From contig OX597823.1 in NCBI GenBank assembly GCA_951406725.2, positions 40,424,001-40,488,000 on the forward strand: 64,000 nt of DNA, written 5' to 3'. Source of the DNA: Octopus vulgaris. Taxonomy: Eukaryota. Below the pieces are notes generated by a model. It was not told the origin of the DNA, did no database searches, and was given only the letters and a program-made list of their open reading frames with translations. Positions 42,390 through 57,226 of the stretch are shown here, piece by piece (the first letter of the stretch is position 1; each line of letters opens with the position of its first letter). The translations under genes were made by a program, and so were the position numbers.

Positions 42390-42499
42390 CCATCAGAGCA
42401 CCACAACAAATCACAGCACATACCTAAGGCACACAGAGCTACGCTCAGTAGTGAAGTGAAAGCACGCTATAAAACTAAAACTACTGAATAATGATTATG

Positions 42500-42553
<54 letters not shown>

Positions 42554-42554
42554 C

Positions 42555-43376
42555 TTTCTACTGTAGGCAAAAGGCCTGAAATTTTGGGGGAGGAGATAAT
42601 AGATTACATCGACCCCAGTATTCAAATGGTACTTAATTTATCGACCCTGAAAGGATGAAAGACAAAGTCGACTTCGGCAGAATTTGAACTCATAACGTAG
42701 CGACGTGTGAAATGCCATTACGCATTTTGCCCGGCGTGCTAACGATTCTGCCAACTCACTGCCTTCATAATAATAATAACAATAATAATAATAATAATAA
42801 TCCTTTCTCCTAAAGGCACACAACGCCTGAAATTTGGGGGAGGGGACTAGTCGATTATAACGACCCCACTGTTTTACTGGTACTTAGTTTATCAGCACTG
42901 AAATGTACAGACGGACGAAGTGCCGCTAAGCATTTTGTCAGGCGTGCTATCGATTCTGCTAGCTAATTGCCTTTAATGATTTCAAATTTTGCCGCACGGG
43001 CAGCAATTTTCGGAGAGAGGGTGAGTCCATTACATCGACCCCAGTGCTCAACTGCTACTTATTTTATCTACTCCGAAAAGGATGAAAGGCAAAGTTGACC
43101 TCGGGGGAATTTGAACTCAGAACGTAGCGGCAGACGAAATACCTATTTCTTTACTACCCACAAGGTGCTAGACACAGAAGGGACAAACAAGGACAGACAA
43201 AAGGATTAAGTCGATTATATCGACCCAGTGTGTAACTGGTACTTATTTAATTGACCCCGAAAGGATGAACGGCAAAGTCGACCTTGGCGGAACTTGAGCT
43301 CAGAACGTAACGGCAGATGAAATACCGCTAAGCATTTCACTCGGCGTGTTAACGATTCTGCCAGCTCGCCGCCTTC

Positions 43377-43377
<1 letters not shown>
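42555..43377 (-). mobile_element. Stack of SINE A copies, including a dimer, within TAA tracts
   Basis: Repeated TCGACCCC..AAGTCGAC..GAACTCAG blocks; dimer junction at 43142. Confidence 0.8.
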
Positions 43378-43410
<33 letters not shown>

Positions 43411-43429
43411 TAATAATAATAATAAAAAA

Positions 43430-43647
43430 TAAAAAAAAATATTCAGACAAATACATAACAAAAACACCAGGACTTACAAACACATATAACATACAGAAAA
43501 TTGCACTACTAGGCACTGCACACATCCTACGCAGAACACTTTCCATACAATAACCATCAGAGCATCACAACAAATCACAGCACATACCCAAGGCACACAG
43601 AGCTGCGCTCGGTAGTGAAGTGAAAGCACGCTATAAAAATAAAACTA

Positions 43648-43650
<3 letters not shown>
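43430..43650 (+). mobile_element. Dong-like LINE 3' fragment in (TAA)n
   Basis: Near-identical to about 42267-42486, same ACTACTG|AATAAT end. Confidence 0.93.
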
Positions 43651-43703
<53 letters not shown>

Positions 43704-43829
43704 TAATACCAAAATACTAAGAGAGCGCAAACCTCCCACAAGGTAACAACAACGTCCTCTCAACGATTAGCCAGATAGGACTTTTAAAATGAGAATATAT
43801 GTAATAAACTCGACTGTTCTCACGAAGGA

Positions 43830-44075
43830 GAATGCTAAATATGAACCCGACCTCTCTCAAAAATTAAGTAAAAAGACCGGAAAATAATCCAGAATCCTTG
43901 CTCGTTACCGGATCGATACCAAGATCTAATCAGTTTCTGTCAGTCATAAGGCCAAACATCCTTGAAAATTTTTTCCGAATCTATCCAGCGGTTCTTGAGA
44001 TACGAGTATATTGTCCACGGACAAACAAACAAGCACGACTGATAACAATACCTCCAATTTTGAGGTGAGGGGTAT
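43830..44075 (+). mobile_element. Helentron-associated (HINE/DINE-1-like) non-autonomous element, degraded
   Basis: (CAAA)n microsatellite followed by a terminal ACCTC..GAGGT hairpin. Confidence 0.45.
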
Positions 44076-44443
44076 TAGTTGGTACCATAAACGCATGTAT
44101 TTCCCTGTTACTTTATTTTATCGATGCCGAAAGAATCTGAATTGAAAATGTAAAGCTATAAAGAGTTGGAACAAATAGAGCAAGGTCATTTTTCTAACTC
44201 TCCAACGATTCTGCCAGCTCACTGCCTTCAGTTTTTGGCATAAAGCCAGGAAATTTGAAGTGGTTAGTTGATTATATTCCCCTTAATAATTGATTAGAAC
44301 TTCTTTTTCAAATTCCTCCGAGGTCGACTCTGCTTTTCATCTTTCTTGGGTCGATAAAATAGATACCCGTTGATCACTGGGGTCGATGTTATTAAATTAC
44401 TCCTAACTCGAACTTGCTGGCCCGGTACCAAAATTTGAAATAT

Positions 44444-44588
44444 TATAAGGTTGTCCCAAAAGTTCGTAGAAAGTCTTGGAAAGTAATGGTCGTTATTTTG
44501 AGGAATAATTTTTGTTGTTTTTGTTAGTACTTGGCGAGTAAAAATTCAATTTTCGCAAGTGTTTACGAACTTTTGGGACAACCTAATA
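44444..44588. mobile_element. mariner-derived MITE
   Basis: TIRs AGGTTGTCCCAAAAGTTCGTA / TACGAACTTTTGGGACAACCT with TA termini. Confidence 0.88.
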
Positions 44589-46844
44589 TTATCATATTAT
44601 TGACAGAATCTTTAGCACGCTGGGCAAAATGTTATGTGGTATTTCTCCAGTTCTTGAGTTCAAATTCGACCCCAGTGTTTAAGGTGCAAGTGTAGTTGCG
44701 AGTGGACAAAAAAAAAAAAAAACATTTTCGTCCTGCCCTTCTCCCAGCAGAACATCAAAAATGTTACACTCGGGGAATAAAAAAGAGGGTCAAAGCAGCA
44801 CTCGACTAGTATTCCTATTCAGCCAAAAATATTTGAACAACATAAAATGAAGCGTTCACCATACGTTCTAGAAATTGATCTCACGACCATATGATAATGA
44901 GCTTAACCACAATTCCTTGCGCTTTCTACGCAATACACAGAGTTAAACGCAGGTACAATTAGTCTTCTAGATTAGAGATAGGAATCTCTTATTGTTCTGA
45001 GGAAATGGGTAGCCCCAGTACGTTGGCATGTGTCGATAGTGCTTCAGCTTAGTTTAGTGGCAATTACTTGTTGTTACCAGTATTTCTCTTTGGTTGCCAT
45101 TAATCACTTTTTTCTTTTAGTTATTTCAATCAATTCTATCTATTATTTCATCATTGAATTATTTCTTTCATTAATTAATTTCTAACAGTTTGAATCACAT
45201 TATACATTGTTATTATTTCTTTTAGGCTTTCTAAAAATTCATTCTTTTCTCGTGTTTCTGCCCCCTTCTCCTATTCCACTAGTTAATGTTCGACTTGTGA
45301 TTTAATTGGCTAATTGTATTATCAGCTGTTTGAATTTTGCTTCTCACTGGTTATTGTATAATTTAATAGTTTCGTTAATTTTGTTCAGTATTTAATGGCG
45401 GCTGATTCATTTAATAGAGGAATCAATTCAACAACTTGTCTGCAAATTTCGCTTTTATTGTTTTCACAGATTTCTGTTTAGAAGATATTTTCTTCCAGGA
45501 TCACCTCATGAAAAAATAAATGCTTGTATTTGTGTTTCGGAATATTTAAATGTCCACCCATTACCCTGGGATAGAACTAAAGCTTTGTCCTTGAAACTTT
45601 TTGTTGGATGCCAATATATTCCGAACAGCAATTAAGACTTGGTTTATTAGCAAGCGGTTCAATATGGAGGAAAAGGAGAAGATGCTGGAAACTAAGTAAA
45701 AGCAAAAAGGATTCCATTCTTTAAAACAACAGGTTAAAATATATAAGCAAACAGATATAAACACAACACAATGAAACTAAACGGAGATATGTATAAGCAC
45801 AAACTTTCCAATGAGACAAGAGAAAACACAACAGCAGCAGCTGGCCACGAACAATTGCGCCTTCTAGGGTGCAAGAAGGTGGAGCTACATGAAACGATAG
45901 CTCCTGTTCTTACAGTTGTAGAGGGTAGAAAGGGTCCCTCTATAATGAAGGAAAGGGACCCTTTCTACCTACCAAAAAACTGCCGCTCCATACCATCACT
46001 TTGCGACACTAAAAGAGATGGTAACTGAGTAAGAAAAACTGCTGGAGATGGTAAGGGAGGTAAGGAACAGTAAAAAATGTTTCTCTGGAAAATGATCTTA
46101 CCTCAAGAAAGCATATAAAGTGTATGAGAAGGAACCTTCTTCTCTCCGGAATTGTATGAAACACCCGGTTATTGGCACAAAAGCGAAAAACTGATCAAAT
46201 TAGTGGACGAACAAAGGAGACGGTGGAAGAGAAGGTCTCCGATTATTGTGACACATTCGACTGGCAGACCTGCTAAAGTCCAAATTAATAATCTGTGAAC
46301 AACTACTTATCTATGTATCTCGACCTAGAGGATGTCGAATGTTCCTTGTTTATCTAACGCTACCTTGGCACATTCAATATCACATACGAAACAAGTAGTA
46401 AATGTTTTGAGGTTATTTGATTCATCTTAGCTGAGAGGTTCCCAAGTGTGTGAGGATAGATTATGCAAATTGCTTTTCACGTATTTAAATTGTATTTTAC
46501 TTGTTTTAATTATTGTGCTTCTATAAATAATCTTATCTTTTACCTTTTAATTGTTTCAGTCATTAAGCTACGGCCATGATGGGACATTGTCTCGAGTAAT
46601 TTTAGTCGAATGAATCGACACCAGTACTTATATTTTTTAAAGCCAAGTACTTGTTTTATCGGTCACTTTTTTCCGAACCACTATGTCTTTTGTACAGCGA
46701 CCTTTTCCCAACAATTTTTAATTTATAACTTCGTATTACTTATTTCCCCACTCGTCTGTAAAACGTATCATTATATCTATTGTTGTTCGTGTGGTCCCTT
46801 GTTGCCATATAAAGTGATCTTATCAATCTCGCTTTCTAGACTTT

Positions 46845-47375
46845 AGGGGTCGATAAAATAAAGTACCAGCTTAGTGTGGGAGTCGATGGTATCAACTTTC
46901 CCCTCCTACTAAAAATGCTTGCCTCGTACCAGAATTAGAAAAAAATATTTCAAAAGGTAGCGAGATAAAATAATCGATAAGATGTTGGACATGATGCTTC
47001 TGGTTCCTTAAGTTCGGAGTTCAAATCCTGCGTAGGTTAACTTCATCATTCATCCTTTCGGAGTCGATAAAATAAGTATTAGGCGATTAATGAGGTCGGT
47101 TGAATCAACGTGCCCTCACACGTCAATATTACTGGTCTGTGCTCTAATTAGAAACAATTATTAAAGGCGGCCATCTGGCAGAGTCGTTAGTACATTGGAC
47201 AAAATGCTTAACGGAATTTCTTCTGGTTCTTTACCTGCTGATTGGAGAGATCGCTGAAGTCGACTTTACCTTTTATTCTTTGGAAAGCGATAAGATAACG
47301 TCCCAGTTTAGCTCTGGGTTCAAATTAAATGATTCGTCCCTACCCTCAGAATCACTGGCCTGACCTCAAATTCAA
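46845..47375 (+). mobile_element. Tandem run of old SINE A copies
   Basis: Three GTCGATAAAATAAG-type domains, two preceded by tRNA-like heads. Confidence 0.65.
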
Positions 47376-47388
47376 AACTACAACTACT

Positions 47389-47712
47389 TAAAAGACTCCG
47401 CCGGTTACGACGACGAGGGTCCCAGCTGATACGATCAACGGAACAGCTTGCTCGTGAAATTAACGTGCAAATGGCTGAGCATTCCACAGACACGTGTACC
47501 CTTAACGTAGTTCTCGGGGATAATCAGCGTGACACAGAGAGTGACAAGGCTGACCCTTTGAAATACAAGTACAACTCATTTTTGCCAGCTGAGTGGACTG
47601 GAGCAACGTGAAATAAAGTGTCTTGCTCAAGGACACAACGCGTCGCCGGGAATCGAACTCACAACCTTACGATCATGAGCCGAATGCCCTAACCACTAAG
47701 CCACGCGCCCTC
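47389..47712 (-). mobile_element. Young full-length tRNA-derived CORE-like SINE family C with 12-bp TSD
   Basis: A box TGGCTTAGTGG, B box GTTCGATTCC, GTGTCCTTGAGCAAGACACTT; TSD ACTACAACTACT at 47377-47388 and 47713-47724. Confidence 0.92.
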
Positions 47713-48591
47713 ACTACAACTACTACTAGTAGTTGTAGTTGTAATAGTTGTCGTTGATGACTGAGACAGACGTTGCTGTCAAGTCTCCTTTCGACAGAGG
47801 ATAGTTACTGCATTGAGTAGACATTTTACTAATCTTATTCGCATGCAGAAAGCTTGGTCTCTATTTATACATTGTTGGAAAACAAACAAACGAAAAAATT
47901 AATAAAGTATGCTATTTCTTAAGACAATTTTTTATTGTTTATATTTTTTCATACTGTATACAAAAACAGCTGCAAAAATTCCGAGCCACACCATTAGAAA
48001 GAAAAAAATCTAGCCACGACTGTCACAGAGAGATCATACACAATGAAGATCAGGTAAATATATAACTGAAACATAAAGTTTCCTAAAGCTAAAAAGTAAA
48101 AAAAAAACAGTAACAACAATTCTACTGAGTACACCGCTTCTAGAAAGAAAGCGAGAATCTATTTTTTGTCTGCAGATGACAATGGCACATAAATGAATAT
48201 TTCTAGCGTTAAAAGCCGGCTAAAGAAGGGAGATCTCGAAAAGAAGATTAACCCTAATAAAGAGCACATAAAAGTGTTATGAGGCTCCCTTTACTTAGGA
48301 AAATGTCACGGGGTTCAAACTTGAGTGAGTGGTTAGCGAAGAGGCACTACGTATCTCTATCTAAGCATACTACAAATTTATGTGAAATGCTTTCGAAGAT
48401 GAGAATTGTAAAATCTGTGGGATGCAGAATATTACAAAAATCTTGGATAGTAGGGGTTCCTCGATCAGTTCTAGAGGTCTTCTTGTATCATTCCTAAGGT
48501 TGACCCTCCAGTTCGTGGCCAAAGCTTTTTTTTTAGGGTTTCTTTCATCAGCCATTCTCACCTATTTTTCCAGCAACTTCCGTTGTGACTA

Positions 48592-49050
48592 TACGGAGTC
48601 TGATCAATAAGTATGAGGACTGCTGCCATTATAACGAAGCTAAAGCACGCAGAGTACAGCCGCTTGGCACAGATTGACCTTGAACTATGCTGTGAATGCC
48701 CACAAAGCTTTAACGTTTCAACTCACTTCAGTTGTTTACAGTAGTGCTTGGAAGTAACGTGTGTAGCGTATGATCGTCGCATTGACCATGAAAGGCAAAG
48801 TTATCATGGCGCTACCTGCTCAGGGGCCTACGCAAACTTGCAGAAATTGTATGGAGAAAAAAATGTATGGGCCGCACACAAGTGTACGAGGTGTTAAGAA
48901 GTTTCCAAGATAGCTGAAAAATGTCGATATTGACGAACGTTCTAGGAGGCCTGCAACCAGCAGAACTGAAAAGAATATCGCAGCTGTGAGTGCAGTTGTG
49001 AGGGGAAATCATCGAAATACCATCTGTGAGTTATCAGAGGATGTGCACTG
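48592..49050 (+). mobile_element. Degraded mariner transposon 5' part (left TIR and HTH region)
   Basis: TACGGAGTCTGATCAATAAGT terminus; translation LQKLYGE..MGRTQVYE..DERSRRPATSRTEKNI..TICELSEDV. Confidence 0.8.
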
Positions 49051-51766
49051 CTTTCACTCGGGTTTCATTTGCACAAGATATAGTACAGTGCTTTATCTTT
49101 GCAATCTTCCATCTTTCACAATCCTGACATTCTTACTTCCAATAATAGCGGTTCTGTGGCATTTTTTACATACTACGCTGTGTTGTTTTCTTCTGCTCTA
49201 ATGCTGTGTTTGCATCCTATAAGCCCTCTTACACCTCTTTTTCTTGGTACGTACAGTCTGTGTCAATTTTGGGGTGGAGCGTCCCATATCTAGTCAGCAT
49301 CTTCCTTGTCTTTCTGCCTAAGCTGTTTAGTTCGACTACTCTCCGTGCGATTACCCCTGCTCTAAAACTTATTCCGTCCATTTAATTTCCATTTAAGGAT
49401 CAGTCTCAGTCTGCGCAAGTACTCTACCTTCTTATTTCTTTCTCCATCAATATACTCATTTCCAGTATCCCCAAGTACTTATAGCCCGTCGCTTCCATCT
49501 GCTTCATAACCTCCCCCGACGGCATCGATAGCCCGTCCATACATTTGATTTTGCCTCTCTTCAAGACTAACACACCGCACTTTTTCAGCCCGAACTCCAT
49601 TCTGATATCAGCACTGAAAGTATACACCTTATCAACGAGGGAACTGACATGGGATTCATCTGTACCATAAAGTTTGAGGTCATCCATGAATAACAAGTGG
49701 TTGACTTTTTGTTTGTGGCTCTTGAATACATGCATAATCTTTACTTTCCTCAGAACCAGTGTTCGTGGTATCATACACAGTACAAAGATCAGTGAGGACT
49801 GGCAGTCCCTTTGGAAGAAGCCTTTTCTGATTTCTATTGTCCCTAATCTTCTTCCATATGCTGTCAGTTCCGTCCTCCACTTCGCCATACTTTTTCCAAG
49901 CAATCGCTCAACATTCGATGTAATACCAAATTGGTTCATACATTCCATAATCCAAGAATATGGGATCATATCGTACGCCTTACGATAATCGATCCCTGAC
50001 ATGGATAAGTTAGTTTTCCTCTTCTTGTAGTCTCTAAGTACAGTTTTGTCTATCAGGAGTTGATCCTTGGTACCTCTGCAATTACGCTTGCAACCCTTCT
50101 GCTCATGTGGCAGGATTCCATTTTTTTCAAGATGTTCGTACATTGACTCTGCGAGTATTCCAGTCAATAACTTCCACATAAGTGGTAAATAGGATATCGG
50201 CCTGTAATTGTCTACCGTATTGCCTTTTTCGATGTTTTCTCAAGCACAGTACTGACCTACCCATTCTCAACCACTCTAGTGTTACTTGGTCGGCATTTAA
50301 AATGGTGTTTGAGTTGTGCAGCTATTCGTGCATGACATTAACCAAATCTTTTGATCCAGTAGCCTTGAGCACCATCTGGTCCCGAGGCCTTCCAGTTGCC
50401 CATTTTTTCTATTGATTGCATTCACTTCCCTAACTGAAATGACTAGTTTTGCCTGTTTTGGGCAGGCTACTGTTTGTTTCAGTTCTTGCAACCATTCCGC
50501 GCCCTTCTTGTGCTCCTTGTCTTTGCTCTAGATGCCATTCCAAAACCTTTGACTTTCAATGTTATCTAGTATCAAATTTTCACCTGTACACTGTCCATTT
50601 ATTTCTTTGTAGAATCCCCTCTGATCTACTTTGAATAATCTATTCTGCCGGAATCCCTTCGTTCTTTGGTCGTACCTTACCATCTTTACCTTCTTTGCAA
50701 CGAGGCGCAATTTCAGTTCCTCCATTATCACTTTCAGGACCTTTTTTCAATATCATACTTCCTTTTCAGAGCCCTTTTTGTTCGCATTAAATCTCCCCTT
50801 CTCTTTTTCGATATAACACAGAAATATCCTTCGAGAGCATATCTAACCGCACCTGTGTTCTTCTTTTCCACCATGGATCTTTTCTTTTGTTATTCCCATT
50901 ATATTTATTTTTCTTGACAGCAACACCCACATTTTCCGCTCTAACAACACTTGCTGCCTTGATCAAATTATTTGTTTCTGTGATATTTTTGATCTGATGT
51001 TTTTCAGTATTTCATTGACATTTTTCGTCTCTTGGTTCAATTGCCACCCATCAACCTTTTTAAGGCTACAAATAATGTCGCTATCGTTCTCCTGTAGTTT
51101 TGCTTTCATTGTCGTAGATTGCCTTTTGCCCATCTGTCATGTCACTATTACTTATATTGTCTTCTTCCAGACCCTCTATGTGTCTCTCATCGAACAAGCT
51201 ATCACTGTTCCTTTCCTGTCGTTTACAAGAGATCTCACTTCTGTTTTCTGCTAAGAGATTACTTTTATCAGTAAGAACTGTATTTTCATCGTTTCCTCTA
51301 CTGCTCTTTTTCAATACCCGTCTTTTGATAGCTTCGATCTCTACTTCTGTGAATCAATGATTTTTTTTCTTATTGCTCTGGCTTGACCATATAATCTCTA
51401 TTCGTGAGTTGAAATAATCCTCTTTCTCCCCATTGATCATACCTACGTTATCGATAATATGAACACCATTTTCGTCTACAGGGTTGGTCAAAGTAATAAC
51501 ACTCCATGACCATAGCATTGACTTGTTTGTTCCATCTACGCCATGTGTGCTGGTCCCTTGCTGGATTAACAATAGGCTGGAGTCGGACCAGTATCTCTGA
51601 GCCTGCCGGATGCAACACTGTCACCAACAAGCGCTTCAGTTATTCACAATATTTTGTTTTTCATTGTCACTCATATGAGGTAGAGATTATCAGGTTGCGC
51701 AATTACCAGTGTTTTTATTGTGACACCATCAATCAGGACATGGCGAGATTCCAATCGCTTCCTTTC
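49050..51766 (-). mobile_element. Older, second R4/Dong-clade LINE family with its 5' end retained and 3' part lost
   Basis: RRWNKQVNAMVMECYY N-terminus, [31 protein letters not shown]; the 5' end abuts (TAA)n; many stops. Confidence 0.88.
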
Positions 51767-51861
51767 ATTATTATTATTATCATCACTAATATTATTATTT
51801 TCATTTTTTTACTATTTGTCATTGTTAATATTTCCTCTGATGCGATATGAATTCTGGCTTA

Positions 51862-51972
<111 letters not shown>

Positions 51973-51976
51973 GTTG

Positions 51977-52037
<61 letters not shown>

Positions 52038-52057
52038 CATTATTATTATTATCATCA

Positions 52058-52093
<36 letters not shown>

Positions 52094-52446
52094 TAATATT
52101 ATTATTATTAGTATTATTTCCATTTATTATCAAAAGGTGTTATTAAATGTTTAGTTTCAACTGTTGTCTTGTACTTGAGATAATCATAAATATGTGAGAG
52201 TTGAAGGAAATAGTAGAAGGAAGGGAAACAGATTGATGAATAAACTACATTCTACAGGTCTGTAAATAGATTCGGTAGATGGTGAGGAGATCAGCAATGG
52301 ACATTCTTGTGCGATAAGGAGACAAAAGAGGCCTCGCGATCATGGGACCAGCAGATGCGTTTACTACAACTAGCGCTCAATGAGAGCGCTGAAATTGGCC
52401 TTCAAAAGAACAAGTTCACCTTGTTCTATTTTTAATTATTATTATT

Positions 52447-52507
<61 letters not shown>

Positions 52508-53061
52508 GCCCTGATGCAGTACCAGGCAGTGGCTCTCATGGCTTCTGATCTTAACTGATTGGAAGTGTTATCATGTACATTGTTTTGTCTTGGTATAAAA
52601 GATGGGCTACAGCAAATATTCTGCTCAATACCACAGATTAGCTTGTCAGTTGTTTGACTTTAACCAGTTGAGCATGTCCCTTAGTGGCTGACGATATGTG
52701 CATCTCTGATCACGAGCAGAAGTAGTGGGGGAGCATCATAGCCATGTGTTGAGAGGGATTCTTTGGGGTTTGAATAATTCACCTCTGGAAACATGGGTGG
52801 TTCTTTCAACATCCTTAAACAACCCTTACTCAGGGACCTTTTGAGTGGGATGGGCTACTCAACCTGAAGAAAATTCTAATTGGGCCCCACCTGCAAGGTC
52901 ATGTGCTGTTTATCTTGATATGAGATCACCATGTCGCGCACATATGGTTGTGATGCATGTGCCTGGTGTACCTTTATCAGACGGGTAGTCATGATGGGTA
53001 TATTGGGCTTCGTATATTTTACCCCAGTGTCACTTTGATGGCATGAACTGCTCTCTCACTC
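52508..53061 (+). mobile_element. Element D, full length (554 bp)
   Basis: Flanked by (TAA)n on both sides; near-identical to 59262-59815. Confidence 0.93.
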
Positions 53062-53199
53062 AATAATAATAATAATAAATAACAAAAAAAAAAAATATAT
53101 ATATATATATATATCACTCCATTTTATTTATATGGATAATACCATACCAAATTCTGGTGCCTTAAGTATCATATTCATCTGAATCTTAATTTTGCGGAA

Positions 53200-53262
<63 letters not shown>

Positions 53263-53285
53263 ATGTATATCTATATCTATATCTA

Positions 53286-53397
<112 letters not shown>

Positions 53398-53569
53398 TAC
53401 TGATGTTTTCATCGTTGAATTTCTGAATTTCTTTCTTTTATTTTTATATGTTTTGCTGTGGTTTACAGTTTTTGTAATTGTGCAGTTTGTTATATTGGCA
53501 GGTGCTTACCGCCTAAATTTTAAAAAAAATTATCGTGCATTTGTGTTGTAACAATAAAAGGTATGTTTA

Positions 53570-53965
53570 CATATTTGGGTAATCAAGGAGAAGAGAAAGA
53601 TAAAATTTTTACACAAAATTGTAGATATACATTTTCGAATACTTAAGGGCAAAGGAAAGAAAGGAAAAGAAGAGTAAAATTTTCACAGAAAATTATAGAT
53701 ATTAAAGTTTTATAATTTACTAAAGATGGTCTTTTTGTATATCCGAACAGAGAAAACTGAATTGTTCTAAGAATAAAAAGGATGTCTACATTTTCGAAGG
53801 CTCAGAATGCTCAAGGAGAAAGGAAATGATAGGTATTCACAGAAGTTGTAGATATTAAAGATTTTAAAGCTGATCGTTTGTGCGTTCTAAAAGTGTAGAT
53901 ATGTAAATTTCTTAACTTCTTTTGGGGGAAATTTAAAATACTCACAAGAAATTGTAGATATTCCA
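53570..53965. repeat. Second, inverted copy of the 3.6-4.0 kb unclassified repeat
   Basis: TCCGAACAGAGAAAACTG and ACATTTTCGAA shared in reverse complement. Confidence 0.65.
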
Positions 53966-54036
53966 GTTTTTGAGAGTTATTTTTCAGTTGTTCTGCTGGG
54001 TTGTATTAGTGTTTCTGTGTCTTCAGCTACTGGCGC

Positions 54037-54091
<55 letters not shown>

Positions 54092-55611
54092 GTTGTTGTT
54101 GTTGTTGTCGTCAAATTTTGCTCAAATTGTTTTGAACTTTTTGAAAGATACTTTGGACCGTACGGTACATGAAACCCTAAAATAACAGGACGGTCACGGG
54201 TGAAACCGCTTGAGCAAAATTGCAGTAGATCGAGACTGACCTACATCTTAAAAGCAACGGCAACAACAATGTAGCTAAGAAAATCACAAGTCACTCAACT
54301 TCCTAATTTGTACCCCATGCCATATTTAAAACGCCAAGTTTAATTAAGAAGTCATTTGTTACAAACACATTTTATTTTGTTTAGTACTTCTTTGAATTAT
54401 TTATTTATTTTATTTTTTTACAGTTTGTTGCCGTTTATAATTGGACGGTTTACCGAATCGCGTTTTTTTAAATTAAGAATTTAATAGTTATCCTTGTGGT
54501 GTCAGGGTCCGTACATTTATAAAGATTTTGATGTATGTAAACTTGATTACATGAGTGTGTGTATATGACATAACCTGAATACTCTATACAAACACGCTCA
54601 TACACATCTGCCACCTAGAAAATCCAAGTGTGTATGCATTAAAGTTATATGCAGTTTGTATGAAAGTCCAATTATATAAAAGTACATGCGAGTTACTGTA
54701 GGCAGGTATATCTGACTGGTTAACAAACTTACATTGTGACGATAAGATTCCAAGTCAACTCCCACTGCATGGTACCTTTAGCAAATGTGCTTTATCATAG
54801 CGTCAGGTGGAACAAAATTTGTGATTGAATCTGGAGAGAAGGAAACTGTGCAAAAGCCTATTGAATGGATTGTACATGTCATTCAGTGATCCATCCTTGT
54901 CACTCGGTGCGTCAGACTCATTGTGCCCGAGGATTGCATTAAAGTTATATTTGTATATGAAATCCTCAACTATTTATATTTTAATACCATGAGATGTCAG
55001 TGTAGCTGAAGAAAAAAATGAATTAGTCATTGTCGAAATGGAGAGAGATCCATTAACTTTAATCTATCTGAGAAATTATATTCCTTCTCTTACTCACTTT
55101 ACCATCTCTGTCTGCCTGCCTGTCAGTCTTTCTCATATATATGTGTGTATGAGTGTGTATAGATATATGTATATAGACGTATGTACGTGAGTATACACAC
55201 ACACGAACAGACACATACACGCGCATATGTATATATAAACTTCCATAATTTACAAAATATGATCAAAACAGATTCCTACAACAAATAATTAAGTTTTTTG
55301 CATGTATACTTGCATCTATTGGTATGCAGATATTATATATATATATATTATGCTTTTGCTTGTAATTCCATGATTGCATAGTAAATATGCACAGTCTCAC
55401 ACACGCGCACACGTATATGCACACACATATATACACGCATTAACAAGAACATTTATGCGGATAGACGCACGTAACAAAATCACCATTCTCTCTTTCTCTT
55501 TCTCTCTCTTTCTTTCTTTCTTTAGATATATGTGTGTGCGTGAGTGTTTGTGTGTGTGTGTGTGTGTATGTGTGTGAATATTTATATAAGTTTGTATGAA
55601 TGCATGTGTAA

Positions 55612-55669
<58 letters not shown>

Positions 55670-55733
55670 GTCTGTTTCCATATATATATATGTATATACA
55701 CACACACACATATATATATATATATTACATACA

Positions 55734-55850
<117 letters not shown>

Positions 55851-56855
55851 TTACACAGAGCTGTCATTAGACTCCAATAAGTTAATGTGGAAATGTGCAC
55901 ATGTGTTATTTCTAAAACAGTTTTCTTCGTTGAAGAAATCGTAATTACCCACCGCTAGCCTCCTCACAAGCACTCCCACCTCTCTACGTCTTCTCCTATT
56001 CTCCTGTCTCTTTCCCTCTTCTGTCTCCCCTTCACCTCTTACTCTTGTATTTCACTTTCGCTCTCAACATTCCATCTTTCATTTATGTCTTTGTTTGTCA
56101 TTTCTCTGCCACGTTTCATACTATCACACCTTTCTCCATTGCCTTTGTACCTGTCTGCCTATTTACCTGTCCGTTTGTCTACCTGTCTGTTTGTCTGTCT
56201 TTCTACCTTCTCCCCACCGCTGTATTCACACATGTCTCTGTTACGCTTTTCGACTATTTGTCATCCCCGCACATACAATCAGTTTTGTCAGTCCGTCTGT
56301 TTGAGTGTCTGTATGTGTGTGTTTATGTATGTATGTATGTATGTATGTATGTATGTATGTATGTATGTATGTATTATGTATGCATGTACGTATGTATGTA
56401 TGTATGCATACATGTGTATGTATGTTTGTATGCATGTATGTATGTGCATATGTATGTATGCAAATATGTATGTATATATGCGTGTATGTATGTATGTGTG
56501 TATAAGTTCCATATATGTATGCCGTATATTCTGTATGTATACTCGTATGTAATGTATCATTCTGTATCTGTATGCATAACACATATATGCATATATGTGT
56601 GTATATATTTATGTATATGTGTTTATATATTTATGTATATGTGTTTATACATTTATATAGAAATATATATGTGTGTGTGTGTGTTTATATATTTATGTGC
56701 ATATTTGTGTATGTATGCATGTTGTATGTATTTATGTATTTACTTATATGTTGAATTTATTAATGAATGTAATGCATATCCGTAGATAAGCATGTCTGTG
56801 TCTCTCATCTATCTATCTATCCATCTGTCCACCTATCTATCTATCTATCTATCTG

Positions 56856-56913
<58 letters not shown>

Positions 56914-57081
56914 CATCCATCCATCTATCTATCTATCTATCTATCTATCTATATATCTATCTATCTATCTACCTATCTGTCTATCCATCTCTCTATCTAT
57001 CTTTCTATCTATCATCTACCTATCTACCTGCCTACTCATCTGTCTGTCTGTCTCTTTGTCTGTCTTTCAGTGTCTACCAGT

Positions 57082-57136
<55 letters not shown>

Positions 57137-57157
57137 CCTATCTATCTATCTATCTAC

Positions 57158-57226
<69 letters not shown>

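Larger units (their letters stand above)
40235..42486 (+). mobile_element. 5'-truncated R4/Dong-clade LINE (RT, CCHC, restriction-like endonuclease) inserted in (TAA)n
   Basis: NYRPITCL, QKGCR, AWIDYKKAFD, GIFQGDTLSP, LYMDD, KYLG, ETINHIISGC, RHD, RPDIV..IDVS, KLSKY; frameshifts near 40563 and 41810; (TAA)n on both sides. Confidence 0.93.

Noticed and set aside
47640-47712. tRNA gene
   Set aside because: The tRNA-like head continues into a SINE body bounded by a TSD, and the acceptor stem is not intact
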